From: Octopus sinensis
Taxonomy: Eukaryota
DNA length: 30,476 bases
Direction of reading: 5' to 3'
Assembly: GCF_006345805.1 (NCBI RefSeq)
Contig: NW_021832360.1
Coordinates: forward strand, 1-30,476
A model generated the notes under the pieces. It saw only the letters and a program-made list of their open reading frames with translations. It made no database searches and was not told the origin of the DNA. A program made the position numbers and the translations under genes. This document shows positions 1 through 10,329 of this stretch, piece after piece (within the stretch, counting starts at the first letter, position 1; each line of letters begins with the position of its first letter).

Positions 1-65
1 ACACCACACCACACAAACATACACATATATATATATATATATATATACACATTTGTATATATATG

Positions 66-127
<62 letters not shown>

Positions 128-310
128 TATATTAAATTAGAGATAAAACCACTATTGGCAAATCAAATATATATTTATACTATAAAATTAGATTTAATCC
201 TAAATCTAATTTTCCCTGTAAGTTTGGATTTACTCCCAATATATTATTATTATTAATAATATATATATTATATATATATATATATACACACACACATACG
301 TATGTATATA
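1..310. repeat. compound (CA)n/(TA)n/(TAT)n microsatellite
   Basis: Direct reading of dinucleotide runs at about 1-125 and 241-310, separated by a short unique AT-rich stretch. Confidence 0.9.
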
Positions 311-889
311 TATATGTTTGAATGGATGTATTTACACGCATATAATAATTCACTGTATCTCATTGTCATCCCATTGGTGCGGTTGCATACGTGAATGTAC
401 GATTGTATTATTAATGATGTACCCATATAGTTATGAATGCGTAATTAAATAACCTTTTTTTTCTAATTACCTATATAATTTTCAATATTTACGTTTCATA
501 CTTCGTAATATGCTTCGAATACTACCATACATTTTTTTAATAATTTTCTATTTTCTATGATATTTCCCTATGCAGCCCTGTAGCTCGGTATGTCTTCGTT
601 TTCGAATTAATTGGTGTCGAGTTTAAACAGTAATCTTTGTTTTAAAGAAAACGCCATTATTTTAACGAAGCTGATGTCAGTTATATTTCGAACGCACCTT
701 AATTAAATAGAACCGAAATTTACATTTTTCTCATTTATTGTAAAACTATATCTTTTATTATGTATGTGTTTGTGTGTGTGTGTGTTCTGTCGTGGGTGCG
801 TTGGTGCGTGTGTGAGCGTGCAATTGTGTGTACGTTAATATATTTGTCATTATTAATCTCCAGCTCATGATCGGGGTGTGTACAAAAAC

Positions 890-1380
890 CTTAAGTACCG
901 TCTCAAGTTTTCGGTTTCATAAGGCCGGTTACCCGGTCGATCTCCATGCCGTCTAAGAGACTGAAATCACATCATTACCCATTTCTTTACTACCCACAAA
1001 GAGTTAAACACAGAGAGGACAAACAAGGACAGACAAACGGATTAAGTCGATTATATCGACTCCAGTGCGTAACTGGTACTTATTTAATCGACCCCGAAAG
1101 GATGAAAGGCAAAGTCGACCTTGGCGGAATTTGAACTCTGAACGTAACGGGAGACGAAATACGGCTATGCATTTCGCCCGGCCTGCTAACGTTTCTGCAT
1201 CATTACCCCTGGAGGAAACGCTAGTCAGTCGCAGTGTTACTCATTTACAGTTGGGTTGATTGCATGAACATAAAATGAGATGTTTTAGTCAAAGAAATAA
1301 TGGTCTCTCCAGCCGGTCCAGGAATCGACATCGTTGTTTCACTGTTGTGAGTGAAACTCTCGATCTACACCTAACAGAGT
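890..1380 (-). mobile_element. old tRNA-derived SINE with V-SINE-like central block, split by a younger SINE-A insertion
   Basis: Minus strand reads AATGAGTAACACTGCGACTGACTAGCGTTTCCTCCAGGGG, resembling the CCTGCGATGGACTGGCG...CCAGGG block of V-type SINEs as recalled. A decayed head lies at about 1300-1380 and the element continues left of the SINE-A TSD. Boundaries are approximate. Confidence 0.45.
981..1197 (-). mobile_element. SINE family A copy, slightly 5'-truncated
   Basis: Matches other family A copies (B-box GAGTTCAAATTCC, core GTCGACTTTGCCTTTCATCCTTTCGGGGTCGAT). Flanked by an exact 11-bp TSD CATCATTACCC at 970-980 and 1198-1208. Confidence 0.92.
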
Positions 1381-1404
1381 TACCATGAAACGTCTCAAGT
1401 CACA

Positions 1405-1672
1405 GTCATGGCGCTGTGGTAAGAAGTTTATTTATTTCTCAGCCACATGGATCCAGGTTCAGTCCCATTACGTAGTACCGCCAGTTAGAATCTCCTACTA
1501 TTGCATCGTGCCATCCAAAGCCTTGTGGGTGGGTGTGATAGACGGAAACCGAAAGAAGCCATTTCTATGTGTTCGTGCATGTGTGTGAGTGTGTTTGTTT
1601 GTCCCACGCCGCCGCCTGTTAACCGGTGTTGGTGTATTTTAGCCCCTAACAGCGTTTCAGCGACATAGTCCG
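1405..1672 (+). mobile_element. SINE family B copy, divergent and 3'-truncated
   Basis: Colinear with the copy at 16406-16795 (GCTGTGGTAAG...CCACATGG...GGTTCAGTCCCA...CAAAGCCTTGTG...GACGGAAAC...GAAAGAAGCC). Confidence 0.75.
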
Positions 1673-1887
1673 ACAAGAGGCTAAACACAGAGAGGACAAA
1701 CAAGGACAGACAAACGGATTAAGTCGATTATATCGACCCCAGTGCGTAAATAGTACTTATTTAATCGACCCCGCAAGGATGAAAGGTAAAGTCGACCTCG
1801 GCGGAATTTGAACTCAGAACGTAACGGCGAACGAAATACCACAAAGCATATCGCCCGGCGTGCAAACGTTTCTGCCAGCTCGCCGCC
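1673..1887 (-). mobile_element. SINE family A, complete head and slightly clipped tail
   Basis: Minus strand starts GGCGGCGAGCTGGCAGAAACG (A-box-like) and has the B-box GAGTTCAAATTCC. It abuts the family B copy tail-to-tail. Confidence 0.92.
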
Positions 1888-2786
1888 TTTACAAGACCAA
1901 AAATCTCGTGTATTTGAACCTGAAAGTCTGTTTCGATGCACAAGACATGATATATGGATTTATTAGCATATTGTACTTTCCCAGCACGAAACTAATTGAG
2001 TCTCGCATTTAAGTTACCCTATATATTGAATTATATTTAGATTTCAATGGACGGAATACGTTTTCATCTATTTGTTTGTGCGTAGGACTGTTTGTGTGTT
2101 TTGTGTGGGGGCCTTTGTATGTTTGTGTGTGTGTCTTTGTGTCTGTATGTGCGTGTCTGTGGCGATATAGAAAATATCAACAGAGATAGAGTATAAATAG
2201 AGCTTAAAACTTCGTATCTTCGTTTTACTCCCAGATTTTCCTTTAATTAATTACTGTCGTAATTTGGTTTGTTTTTATTATCGTTTTCTTTTTTTTAATT
2301 TCATTTTCTTTTTCCTTTTGCTAAATTGTTAAATAATTCTAAGGAAATCCAATTCCAGGACAAAGGGTTATCAACAAAAATGACTGGACCAAATGCAGTG
2401 TTCTACAAAATGCTAATTATCATGCTTCTTGGTCAGCCGATAATTATATAAAGTATATCTTTGTTAATTTCGTTGTGTGAACATCGTGTTTTTACAGAGA
2501 TAAGGAATGGGCTTGAAAAGGGGAAATCCTAATCGATATCTGGCGTAATTTCACATTGAAAACGCTTTGACAACTATAAATTGCTTTTGTTTTCTAAATT
2601 GCTGTTGTTTATTCTGATCCGACGGGTGACTCGTTAAAGTTTACAGCAGATCTCCAGGAAGAATTTGTCCAGGAATTATCGTTCAGTTACGTCTTGTGTT
2701 ATAATAATTTTCAATTAAATATGACATATACGTTGTGGCCCACACATGTGGATCCATGATGAAATTTATCTTTTATTATATCTTGT

Positions 2787-2893
2787 AGGTGATGAGCTGG
2801 CAGAATCTAAGAAAATGCTAAACGACATTTCGTCTGGCATTACTTCCCGAGTTCAAATTCCGCCGAGGTCGTCTTTGCCTAAAAATAAGTACT
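2787..2893 (+). mobile_element. degenerate SINE family A with internal deletions
   Basis: GGTGATGAGCTGGCAGAA...GAGTTCAAATTCCGCCGAGGTCGTCTTTGCCT...AATAAGTAC. Confidence 0.7.
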
Positions 2894-2980
2894 AATCAAA
2901 TACTAGGATCACTGTAATCAACTTCTGCTCCCTTCAAAGCTCTGGACCAAAACTTAAAACGAATAACTTACCTGGCAATA

Positions 2981-3104
2981 GGCGGTGTGCTGGCACAATC
3001 AACGTAAATACTTAGCGAAATTTCTTACGGGAAGGGATTAAGTCGATTGCATCGACCCCTGTGCGTAACTGGTACTTCATTTCGGGTTCGATAAAATAAT
3101 TACT
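2981..3104. mobile_element. scrambled SINE-A fragments in both orientations
   Basis: Plus-strand head (GCGGTGTGCTGGCACAATC), then a minus-strand body piece (GGATTAAGTCGATTGCATCGACCCCTGTGCGTAACTGGTAC), then a plus-strand piece (TTTCGGGTTCGATAAAATAATTAC). Confidence 0.65.
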
Positions 3105-3159
3105 CGTTAATTACAAGGGTAATTATATCCATTTATACTCCATTTTCTTCTTCTTGTCT

Positions 3160-3235
3160 TTCCCCAATATATATATTATATATATTATATATATATAATA
3201 TAGATATATATATATATTAATATATATATATATAT

Positions 3236-3332
<97 letters not shown>

Positions 3333-3420
3333 AAGAAAGAAAGAGATAGAGACAGAGAGAGAGACAGACAGAAAATCAGACAGACAAACTAAGAGATACA
3401 CACACGCACACATACACACA
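3160..3420. repeat. compound (TA)n-(GA)n-(GACA)n microsatellite
   Basis: Direct reading. Confidence 0.95.
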
Positions 3421-3852
3421 CATAATTATAAGCACTTCGACAGGAAGGAATAAGAGGAAAGAAATAGGGAGAGAATTTTAAAAAAACCTATTGAGTTCAG
3501 TGTTACAAAATGCCGAAAGATTGGAAGAAAAGAGGTTGAATGGAAGGGAGATAATAATAAAGAGAGATTGAATAAAGGGGAGATGATTCATAATAGTCCC
3601 AACAAGAGGAGGTGCACTAGCGTGTGTGCATAAGTAAGAATGATGTGTGTGTGTGTATGTGTGTGGTGTGTGTGTGTGTGTGTGTGTGTACGAGCGAAGA
3701 TGGTCTTGTGAGTTTGATCCGATTTTCTGAGTACCTCATTTCTTCGAATATAAAGTACCTGTACACCATATCCAAACCTTCCAATATATATATATAGAGA
3801 GAGAGAGAGTGGTTTTATACTGTCAACTTAACGTGACAGTAGGGGATTACAC

Positions 3853-3903
3853 CACAGCTGTTTCGCCCTAGGAAGCATCGACGCTTCCTGTCGGCTTCGA
3901 CAC
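3853..3903 (-). ncRNA. degenerate minimal hammerhead-ribozyme-like motif, probably inactive
   Basis: Minus strand: GTGTCGA-A-GCC[GAC AGGAAGC GTCGAT GCTTCCT AG]GGC-GAAA-CAGCTG-TG. Stem II and the palindromic stem III (ACAGCTGT) are present. The core is mutated, the cleavage site is UG, and no good stem I forms. Confidence 0.3.
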
Positions 3904-3965
3904 ATTTCCTCTGTCCTTATATATTTACGAAGGGGAGACAAATACCCACAACAGCTAGGCCTGCA

Positions 3966-4012
3966 TCTAGAGACACGCATGTTTCGGGGTCTTTGCCCAT
4001 CATCGGTCTAGA
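3966..4012 (-). ncRNA. minimal type-I hammerhead-ribozyme-like motif (Penelope-like-element type)
   Basis: Minus strand: TCTAGA-CCGATGA-T-GGG CAAAGA CCC-C-GAAA-CATGCGTG-TC-TCTAGA. It has a 6-bp stem I, a GGG/CCC stem II, GAAA, a quasi-palindromic stem III and a GUC cleavage triplet. The only core deviation is U4C. Confidence 0.65.
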
Positions 4013-4069
4013 GTAGCAGAAGCCTGCTAGCTGAAGATATCCGTCTCGACTTCACTGACCCCACCACCG

Positions 4070-4147
4070 TACATATATATCTCTATGGGATATTTAGAAA
4101 TTTAATATTTCTGATTATATACATACATATACACACACATATATATA

Positions 4148-4189
<42 letters not shown>

Positions 4190-4213
4190 ATATATATATA
4201 TATATTATATATA

Positions 4214-4244
<31 letters not shown>

Positions 4245-4345
4245 CATACATATATACATATATACACGCACACACACAAAAACACATACTCACATATATA
4301 CATATATATTACACACACGTTTTATTACACACACGTTTTATTACA
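4070..4345. repeat. (TA)n/(CA)n compound microsatellite ending in a short duplicated ACACACGTTTTATT unit
   Basis: Direct reading. Confidence 0.9.
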
Positions 4346-5739
4346 CACAGGGCGTTACAAATCATTTAGAGGTTAATGTAGGTTAGAAATTTATAAATAA
4401 TACTTGGAAATTACATTAAAACTGAAGAATGAACCAAATTATGTAGTCTTTGTAACCCTATAAGGAACTGAAACATTTCTGTCGTTTCAGGAATAATTAG
4501 AGAGATTCTTGGAACCGATAAATGAAGTTATATTTCGAATTCTATAACATACCTTTTTACGAGATGATTATGCGAATCTAAAATGTAAATTTTATGGAAA
4601 TGTAATAAATAGATTCTCATAAAAACAAAAATTGCTAAGAATACGTTGTGAATAATTTTCAAAATAATGCTTCCCATCATATAGATAAATTTATTTATAG
4701 TTATAATAAATAATATAATTTAATAATAATGTATTGAAATTTCCTATAGTTATTAACAATCTATTTGCAAATACGACGAAAATCTCTTTCGTTCTTCTGC
4801 CATTGTCTTTAAAATCACAAAAGGTTGTGACAATATCCATCTGAATAAATATGAATTGTATTGACAATCTCCCTCTGTTTATACGACGAATTTCGTAGGG
4901 ATCTCAGCTTCTAAATCTTAATGATACTCTTAATTAATTCAATAGGTTCATTCATTAATTTCATTCATTTCTCGTTATGTATCTATTCAATCTACTTACA
5001 ATTGAATCGAGAACATTCGTTCCGTTCTCGCTTCTCATACTGGCTGGCTCAGCGAGGCATTCGTTCAACCAGTGCTTAATGGTGCGTTACTTCATGCAGG
5101 TTGATTCACTGGGAACTTGACAAGTCTTTTAATTCTCTTAAGTAGGGGCCATGCATACTTGATATGTGAGCGAAATATATAATATTTTAAATCAATTTAC
5201 ATCTATAATGAGGAGGAATATCATTAAATTTCATAATTTATTCATCTTGAGAAAAGCCTGGGAGACAAATAAGAAAACGCAATAAATAAACACAAAAACA
5301 AAATGAAAGGTCTCCTGTGGTGATTCGAAAGGAAATACAGGGACAACTCAGAGCATGCTTCGCCCTAATGAGTTTTCATCAACGAAACTAAATTTTCCTT
5401 TCATAAACGTTTTATTAGTATATTTATAATAGAAAATATGTTTAGATGAACAACAGGAATGTTTAAGTGATTTGGGGAGTTAAATACACCCCTAAAAACC
5501 ACATAATAGTATTCAGTATTTGACGGATCGCTAACACTGTACTTCGTAGGTAGACCAAATGACGTTTAACCTTGTTCTATTCACAAAATGTTTGGTTCAG
5601 AATACGGTTGCCCTCGCGTGGGCATAAATATTATTTTAGTTTTCCCTAGAATAATTGTTGCTCTGAAAAAATGTCGTGCAGTAGAACTAAACCCTCTAAA
5701 CAAGTGATTGGAAAGCGGACTTCTTAACCGCGCAGCCAT

Positions 5740-6345
5740 GTCTGCAACAATGTTGTATAAACTCCTGTTGTCCACAAAGCAATATCCACTTTTCTAAGCT
5801 GGATGGTCTTGCAGAAGCAAGCCACCATGCAGCAACAACTATGCATGTGGATGGTGTTGAAGCCGAACTAGTAAACGATGTTGATCAATATCTTGGACGA
5901 TTTCTAAGGACGAGTGTATTAAAAGAGATAGTTCCGAATATATAAGGAATATACAGTAGAGGGTTACACCCATTCGTGTGTTCATTTCTTGCTCTCAAGA
6001 AATGCAACGTTATTCTATAATACAAAACAGTACCATTGCTGAACCCCGATGCGGCACAGCTTTGATTTTCTCGAAATAGAAGCTTGTAAGACATTAGCCA
6101 ATAACACCGATGAGAAAGCCGCATCACCTTAGCCCATAACCACAGCTATAGTTCAATAATTAAACAATGTAGTTGTTGTAAGAACGACCAGAATAAAACA
6201 GATTTAGATTCTAATAATTCCAGCTACGAAGTTTGATTTCGATTCTCTATTGAACACCGCACAGATCAGTAGCGCCGTTAATATACTTTGAAGAACCATT
6301 GACGAGACGAAAGGAGGTCGATAAATGTATTGAAGATTTTTAATG
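5740..6345 (+). pseudogene. possible highly decayed non-LTR retrotransposon RT C-terminal remnant
   Basis: Manual translation gives ...NIHFSKLDG...TMHVDGVEAELVNDVDQYLG... resembling the LINE RT motif i-x-i-dG-xx-le-x-V-xx-f-x-YLG, followed by weak KTVPLL and GGR echoes. Many stops and frameshifts. Confidence 0.3.
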
Positions 6346-6464
6346 AAATTATAGAAAGCAGCCAGACACACCATACTGCTTACGTTTGATGAATTCATAT
6401 TTAAAGAATTATTTTCGCACCAATTGTCGAGGTTGAAAACTGAAAACTTTAATGTAAATATTGT

Positions 6465-7022
6465 TGTTACTATATATACATGCATACATACACATATATG
6501 TGTGTGTGTGTGTGTGTGTGTGTATGTATGAATATATATATATACATATATATGTATATTTATATATATATATACACATATGTATATATATATATATGTG
6601 TGTGTGTATGTATGTAAGAATATATATATATATACATATATATTTATATATAAATATGCACACATATATATATACGTGCATATATGTGTATATATATATG
6701 TGTGTGTGTATTTGTGTATGTATGTAGATACATACATATATATATATATATATTATATATATATATATATATATTCATATATATATATATATATTCATAT
6801 ATATATACACATATGTATATATATATATGTATGTGTATGTATGTACGAATATATATATATATATATATATACATATATATTTATATATAAATACGCACAT
6901 ATATATATACGTGCATATATGTGTATATATATATGTGTATGTGTATTCGTGAATGTATGTAGATACATACATATATATATATATGTATACGTACATATAT
7001 ATATATATATACACATATATAA
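6465..7022. repeat. compound TA/TG microsatellite with a ~235-bp higher-order tandem duplication
   Basis: Interrupting words such as GCACA, TACGTGCAT and GTAGATACATACAT occur twice in the same order; GTAGATAC starts near 6724 and 6959. Confidence 0.85.
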
Positions 7023-7526
7023 ATATCGTTTATGGATCATTTATTCGTTGTGTAAGTTAAGCAAAGCTGCCTGCTTGAGTTCGCCTTTGTGGATCAATTA
7101 ATTTATCTAAATTTAATAGACACAAACATAGAAATGACTGCACAGCGGTGTTATATAACAATGGAAGCAATTTTCTCTGACCAAGACACCTTCACAGTTC
7201 ATTTGAACGACTTCTATTGAAATGAAGATATCATTGTTGATTAGATACGCTACTGCTTACGTCGAGTTTATAATATAATAAGTTCTGTAGATTGTCATAA
7301 GAAACACTGACAGCAATCTGAAATTATATTAGTAGATGAGAACTAATGATATGGACTGTATCAAACATAAATGAATCTTTCTAGACAGATGTGAGAGTTT
7401 CCTATGGTGTAATTGCTGTTATATAATGCCTTGACTGCCATTGGGTGCAGACAATATACTTCAACAGCGATCAAAATTAAGCCCCTCATACATCTCTAAA
7501 GTTAGATACTGACGTGTATTTAACAA

Positions 7527-7918
7527 CCAGCAGTATCGCCCGGCGTTGCTCGGGTTTGTTTTCGACCGTTTAGAATTGGAATTTTGAAAAGTAAAAATTT
7601 TGCATTTTGTAGCTTGTTATTCTCTTTAAGTGGACATGTTTCTGGTTGAAATACACCGAAAAATCGCGACACAACAGTAAAAAAATCGTAGAATATGAGG
7701 ATTTTCATAGAAAAAAAGCATCTTTTTGATGTAAATAATTTTTGGTGTTAACATGGTCCGATTTGAATGTTTTCATCAACGGACAGAAGTGCAAGCCTTC
7801 TTCTATCATACTCTCAATTTTGGTCAACTTGCGCCGCAGGGTCTCGGAAGAGATAGTGTTAGTTGAAGACTACCAAACCTGCCACACAGACAACTTCAGC
7901 TTTATATATAGAGAGAGA
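7527..7918 (-). mobile_element. non-autonomous Helitron-like element (~392 bp)
   Basis: Minus strand starts A|TCTCTCTCTATATATAAAGCTG and ends with hairpin CCCGAGCAACGCCGGG, 8 nt, then CTGG|T. This gives 5'-TC, a subterminal hairpin, 3'-CTRR, an A|T target and no TSD. Confidence 0.75.
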
Positions 7919-7969
7919 TTACATGGAGTGCCATAACAGAATAGTGTTACTCCCGCTGGAAATATAAGG

Positions 7970-8161
7970 CTTTCAAATTTTTGTACAAGGCCAGTTTGGG
8001 AGACGGAATAATTCGATTTCTTCAACACCGTGATCGACCAGTACATATTTTATCGAGTCTGGGGCGATGAAAAGGAAAATTTGAACACACAATATAAAGG
8101 CGGATGAGATGCTGCTAAGCAATTTGGCCGGCGTGCTAACGTTCCGCCAGCTCTTCGCCTC
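7970..8161 (-). mobile_element. divergent SINE family A variant with alternative tail
   Basis: Plus strand shows CCAGTAC...TTTTATCGA...GATGAAA...GGCCGGCGTGCTAACGTTCCGCCAGCTC. The tail AAATTTTTGTACAAGGCCAG is shared with the 15845 copy. Confidence 0.7.
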
Positions 8162-8224
8162 TTCAGGATAGCACGATATTATTGCTACGCATACACAAGC
8201 AACGACCTGGCTGAATCAGGATCA

Positions 8225-8405
8225 ATAGAATATCATACATACATACATACATACATACATTAAATATATATAAAAAATAAATATATATATATTATATATA
8301 TATATTAGATATAATATATATATATAATATATATATATATATAATACATTACATATAATATATATATATATATAATATATTATAAACATATATATATATA
8401 TCATG

Positions 8406-8445
<40 letters not shown>

Positions 8446-8500
8446 TATAATATATATATATATATATATATAATATAATATGTATATGTATGTATGTATA
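8225..8500. repeat. (TACA)n/(TA)n microsatellite
   Basis: Direct reading. Confidence 0.95.
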
Positions 8501-8506
8501 CAACTT

Positions 8507-8730
8507 GTGAACGGCATGGCTTACTGGTTAAGATGTTGCACTCACAATTGGAGTTTCGTGGGTCGGTTGCCACACCGGGCATGCGTTATGAGCTTGACCA
8601 AAGCCACTTCATTTCACGTTGCTCTGCAATAATTTCGACTCTGACATGTTGCACCGTACAGGTAATATCGACCCGATAGACGGAGTGAGCTTCTATCTAC
8701 ACAAACATTTGATCCTTTAAAGCAAATTAT
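8507..8730 (+). mobile_element. divergent tRNA-headed SINE with a head related to family C1
   Basis: GTGAACGGCATGGCTTACTGGTTAAG (A-box-like), CTCACAATT and ATTTCACGTTGCTC are shared with the minus-strand element at 28162-28491; the 3' half differs. Confidence 0.6.
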
Positions 8731-8894
8731 CTGAGTGGTTGTTCTGTAAAATAATAGTTAATTAATTTAAATGTACACAAATGCATAAAAATAATATTTA
8801 ATTCCATTAGATGTTCTAAAATCTTATTAAACTTCATTCAATGTTTAAAAAAGGTAAAATCGGACAGAACTTATGTGATGATCTGATATAGAGT

Positions 8895-9114
8895 AATACC
8901 AAGGTTTCAGTTACTATTTTAAGAAGGAAGTCAGATAGTTTTCAAGCAGAGAAAATGTGATCGATGTAGCACCGATAAGAGTTAAGTATTATACATTAAT
9001 GGAGATAGAAAAGTTTCATTAAAATTAAGCTTCGTAAAACTAATTAGACTAATACCTCACATCAAAGATGAATTCGTCCCGGATTATATTTACAAAACAA
9101 AACGGAGTAAATTA
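8895..9114 (+). repeat. copy 1 of an unclassified ~220-bp dispersed direct repeat
   Basis: Aligns colinearly with 11259-11483 through blocks GAAGTCAGATAG, ACCGATAAGAGT, ATTAAAATTAAGCTT, AAAACTAATTAG, AAAGATGAAT.CGTCCC.GATTATAT and AACAAAACGGAG. Confidence 0.85.
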
Positions 9115-9274
9115 GATTAGATTGAAAGAAAGAAAGAAAAAAGAAAGAGCGACAAACGGACAGACAAAGAAAGAGAAAGAGAGAGAGAGAAATAAACAAG
9201 ACTGTATAGAAAACTTCTGTGTGATTGTGTGTGTGTGTGTTGTGTGTGTCTTTATCTTTATCGTTGGTCTTCTA

Positions 9275-9425
9275 TCAATGTTCCAGTCGTTATACTGCGG
9301 CCGTGCTGGGGCACCACCTCGAAGAATTTTTAGTTGAATGAATCAACTTCAGTACTTACTATCTTTTCACGCCTGGTAATTATATTCTATCGATCTCTTT
9401 TGACAAACCGTTAAGTAACTGCGGT
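9275..9425 (-). mobile_element. SINE family B-type 3' fragment
   Basis: Plus strand ACTGCGGCCGTGCTGGGGCACCACCT...CAGTACTTA...TTCTATCGATCTCTTTTG resembles 25570-25690. Confidence 0.65.
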
Positions 9426-9727
9426 GTTGACAGAATGGAGATTAACGAAATTTAATCCCGATTCTGTCAACAACTCAAATGTAAAATACTGCCAACCTCA
9501 TTCTGTTGGTATCCGATGATGGAATCAAGTTACAGGCGAACAAGCACCAAAACCTCAGAAACAGCTGTTACGCTCGTAAATCTCCTACTCACCTCCCGTC
9601 ACTTACATCCTGTGTAAGACGAACTTCTTTTTATATGTATACACAATTACATCTTTGCAGTAAATGTATTAAATATATTTTGTATATGGACTTCTCTAAC
9701 TTGTTTGTCGTTACTTTTGCTACTACA

Positions 9728-10254
9728 TCTCTCCCTATATAAAACTGAGAATGTGTGGCTGTCTGTCTGTATGTGTGCTTCACTGAAACGCAAGAACTGC
9801 CCAAAAGATTTCATTCAACTTTTACAGTAACACAGTATATGCGGTGATAATACCCTCATAGAAAATATGATTTGTGCTGCATATTTGTTAATATTAAATG
9901 TACCGAAAATTAAGGTCATATTTGCAAGTATATATATTTCTTTTCTACCCACAAGGGGCTAAACACAGAGGGGACAAACAAGGACAGACAAATGGATTAA
10001 GTCGATTACATCGATCCCAGTGCGTAACTGGTACTTAATTTATCGACCCCGAAAGGATGAAAGGCAAAGTCGACCTCGGCGGAATTTGAACTCAGAACGT
10101 AACGGCAGACGAAATACGGCTACGCATTTCGCCCGGCGTGCTAACGTTTCTGCCAGCTCACCGCCATTATATTATTATATTGCAAGTATATAGTGTGATC
10201 TCATACCATAAGAAGATCTGCATCAAAATATCGGGGACGTAACCGGAGAACTAA
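9728..10254 (+). mobile_element. putative non-autonomous Helitron-like element interrupted by a SINE-A
   Basis: 5' end A|TCTCTCCCTATATAAAACTGAG resembles the 5' end of the 7527-7918 element. The 3' end has a weak hairpin TCGG-GGACGTAA-CCGG then GAGAA and CTAA|T (CTRR, A|T target). Confidence 0.5.
9935..10179 (-). mobile_element. full-length young SINE family A with 14-nt AT-rich 5' extension
   Basis: Complete head GGCGGTGAGCTGGCAGAAACG, B-box and tail. Exact 13-bp TSD TTGCAAGTATATA at 9922-9934 and 10180-10192. Confidence 0.95.
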
Positions 10255-10329
10255 TAAACGTTGATTCACCATGCAAGATCATCTGATGTAGATTTAGAAA
10301 GTGTAAAGAGATGGGGGTACCTCACGTTG

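Noticed and set aside
946-1943. Recurrent short ORFs such as YLIDPERMKGKVDLGGI and CPRCHAVGxNxEPCGW
   Set aside because: They recur only because they are read-throughs of SINE families A and B, not genes.
4740-4910. Minus-strand FIQMDIV peptide reminiscent of a Penelope RT motif near the hammerhead cassette
   Set aside because: Flanking residues do not follow the RT pattern (no FYPSI-like continuation); too weak to link to the ribozyme motifs.
5365-5395. CTAATGA-GTT TTCATC AAC-GAAAC hammerhead-like string
   Set aside because: G5 is mutated and no stem I or stem III partner could be found in type I or type III topology.
7150-7480. IFSDQDTFTV peptide reminiscent of the Tc1/mariner first catalytic D motif
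   Set aside because: It is a single short motif with no convincing downstream motifs in frame.
9593-9609. Minus-strand 17-nt AG...GTGAGT mini-exon (DVSDG)
   Set aside because: The pyrimidine tract is weak, the length is not a multiple of 3, and there is no supporting neighbouring exon.
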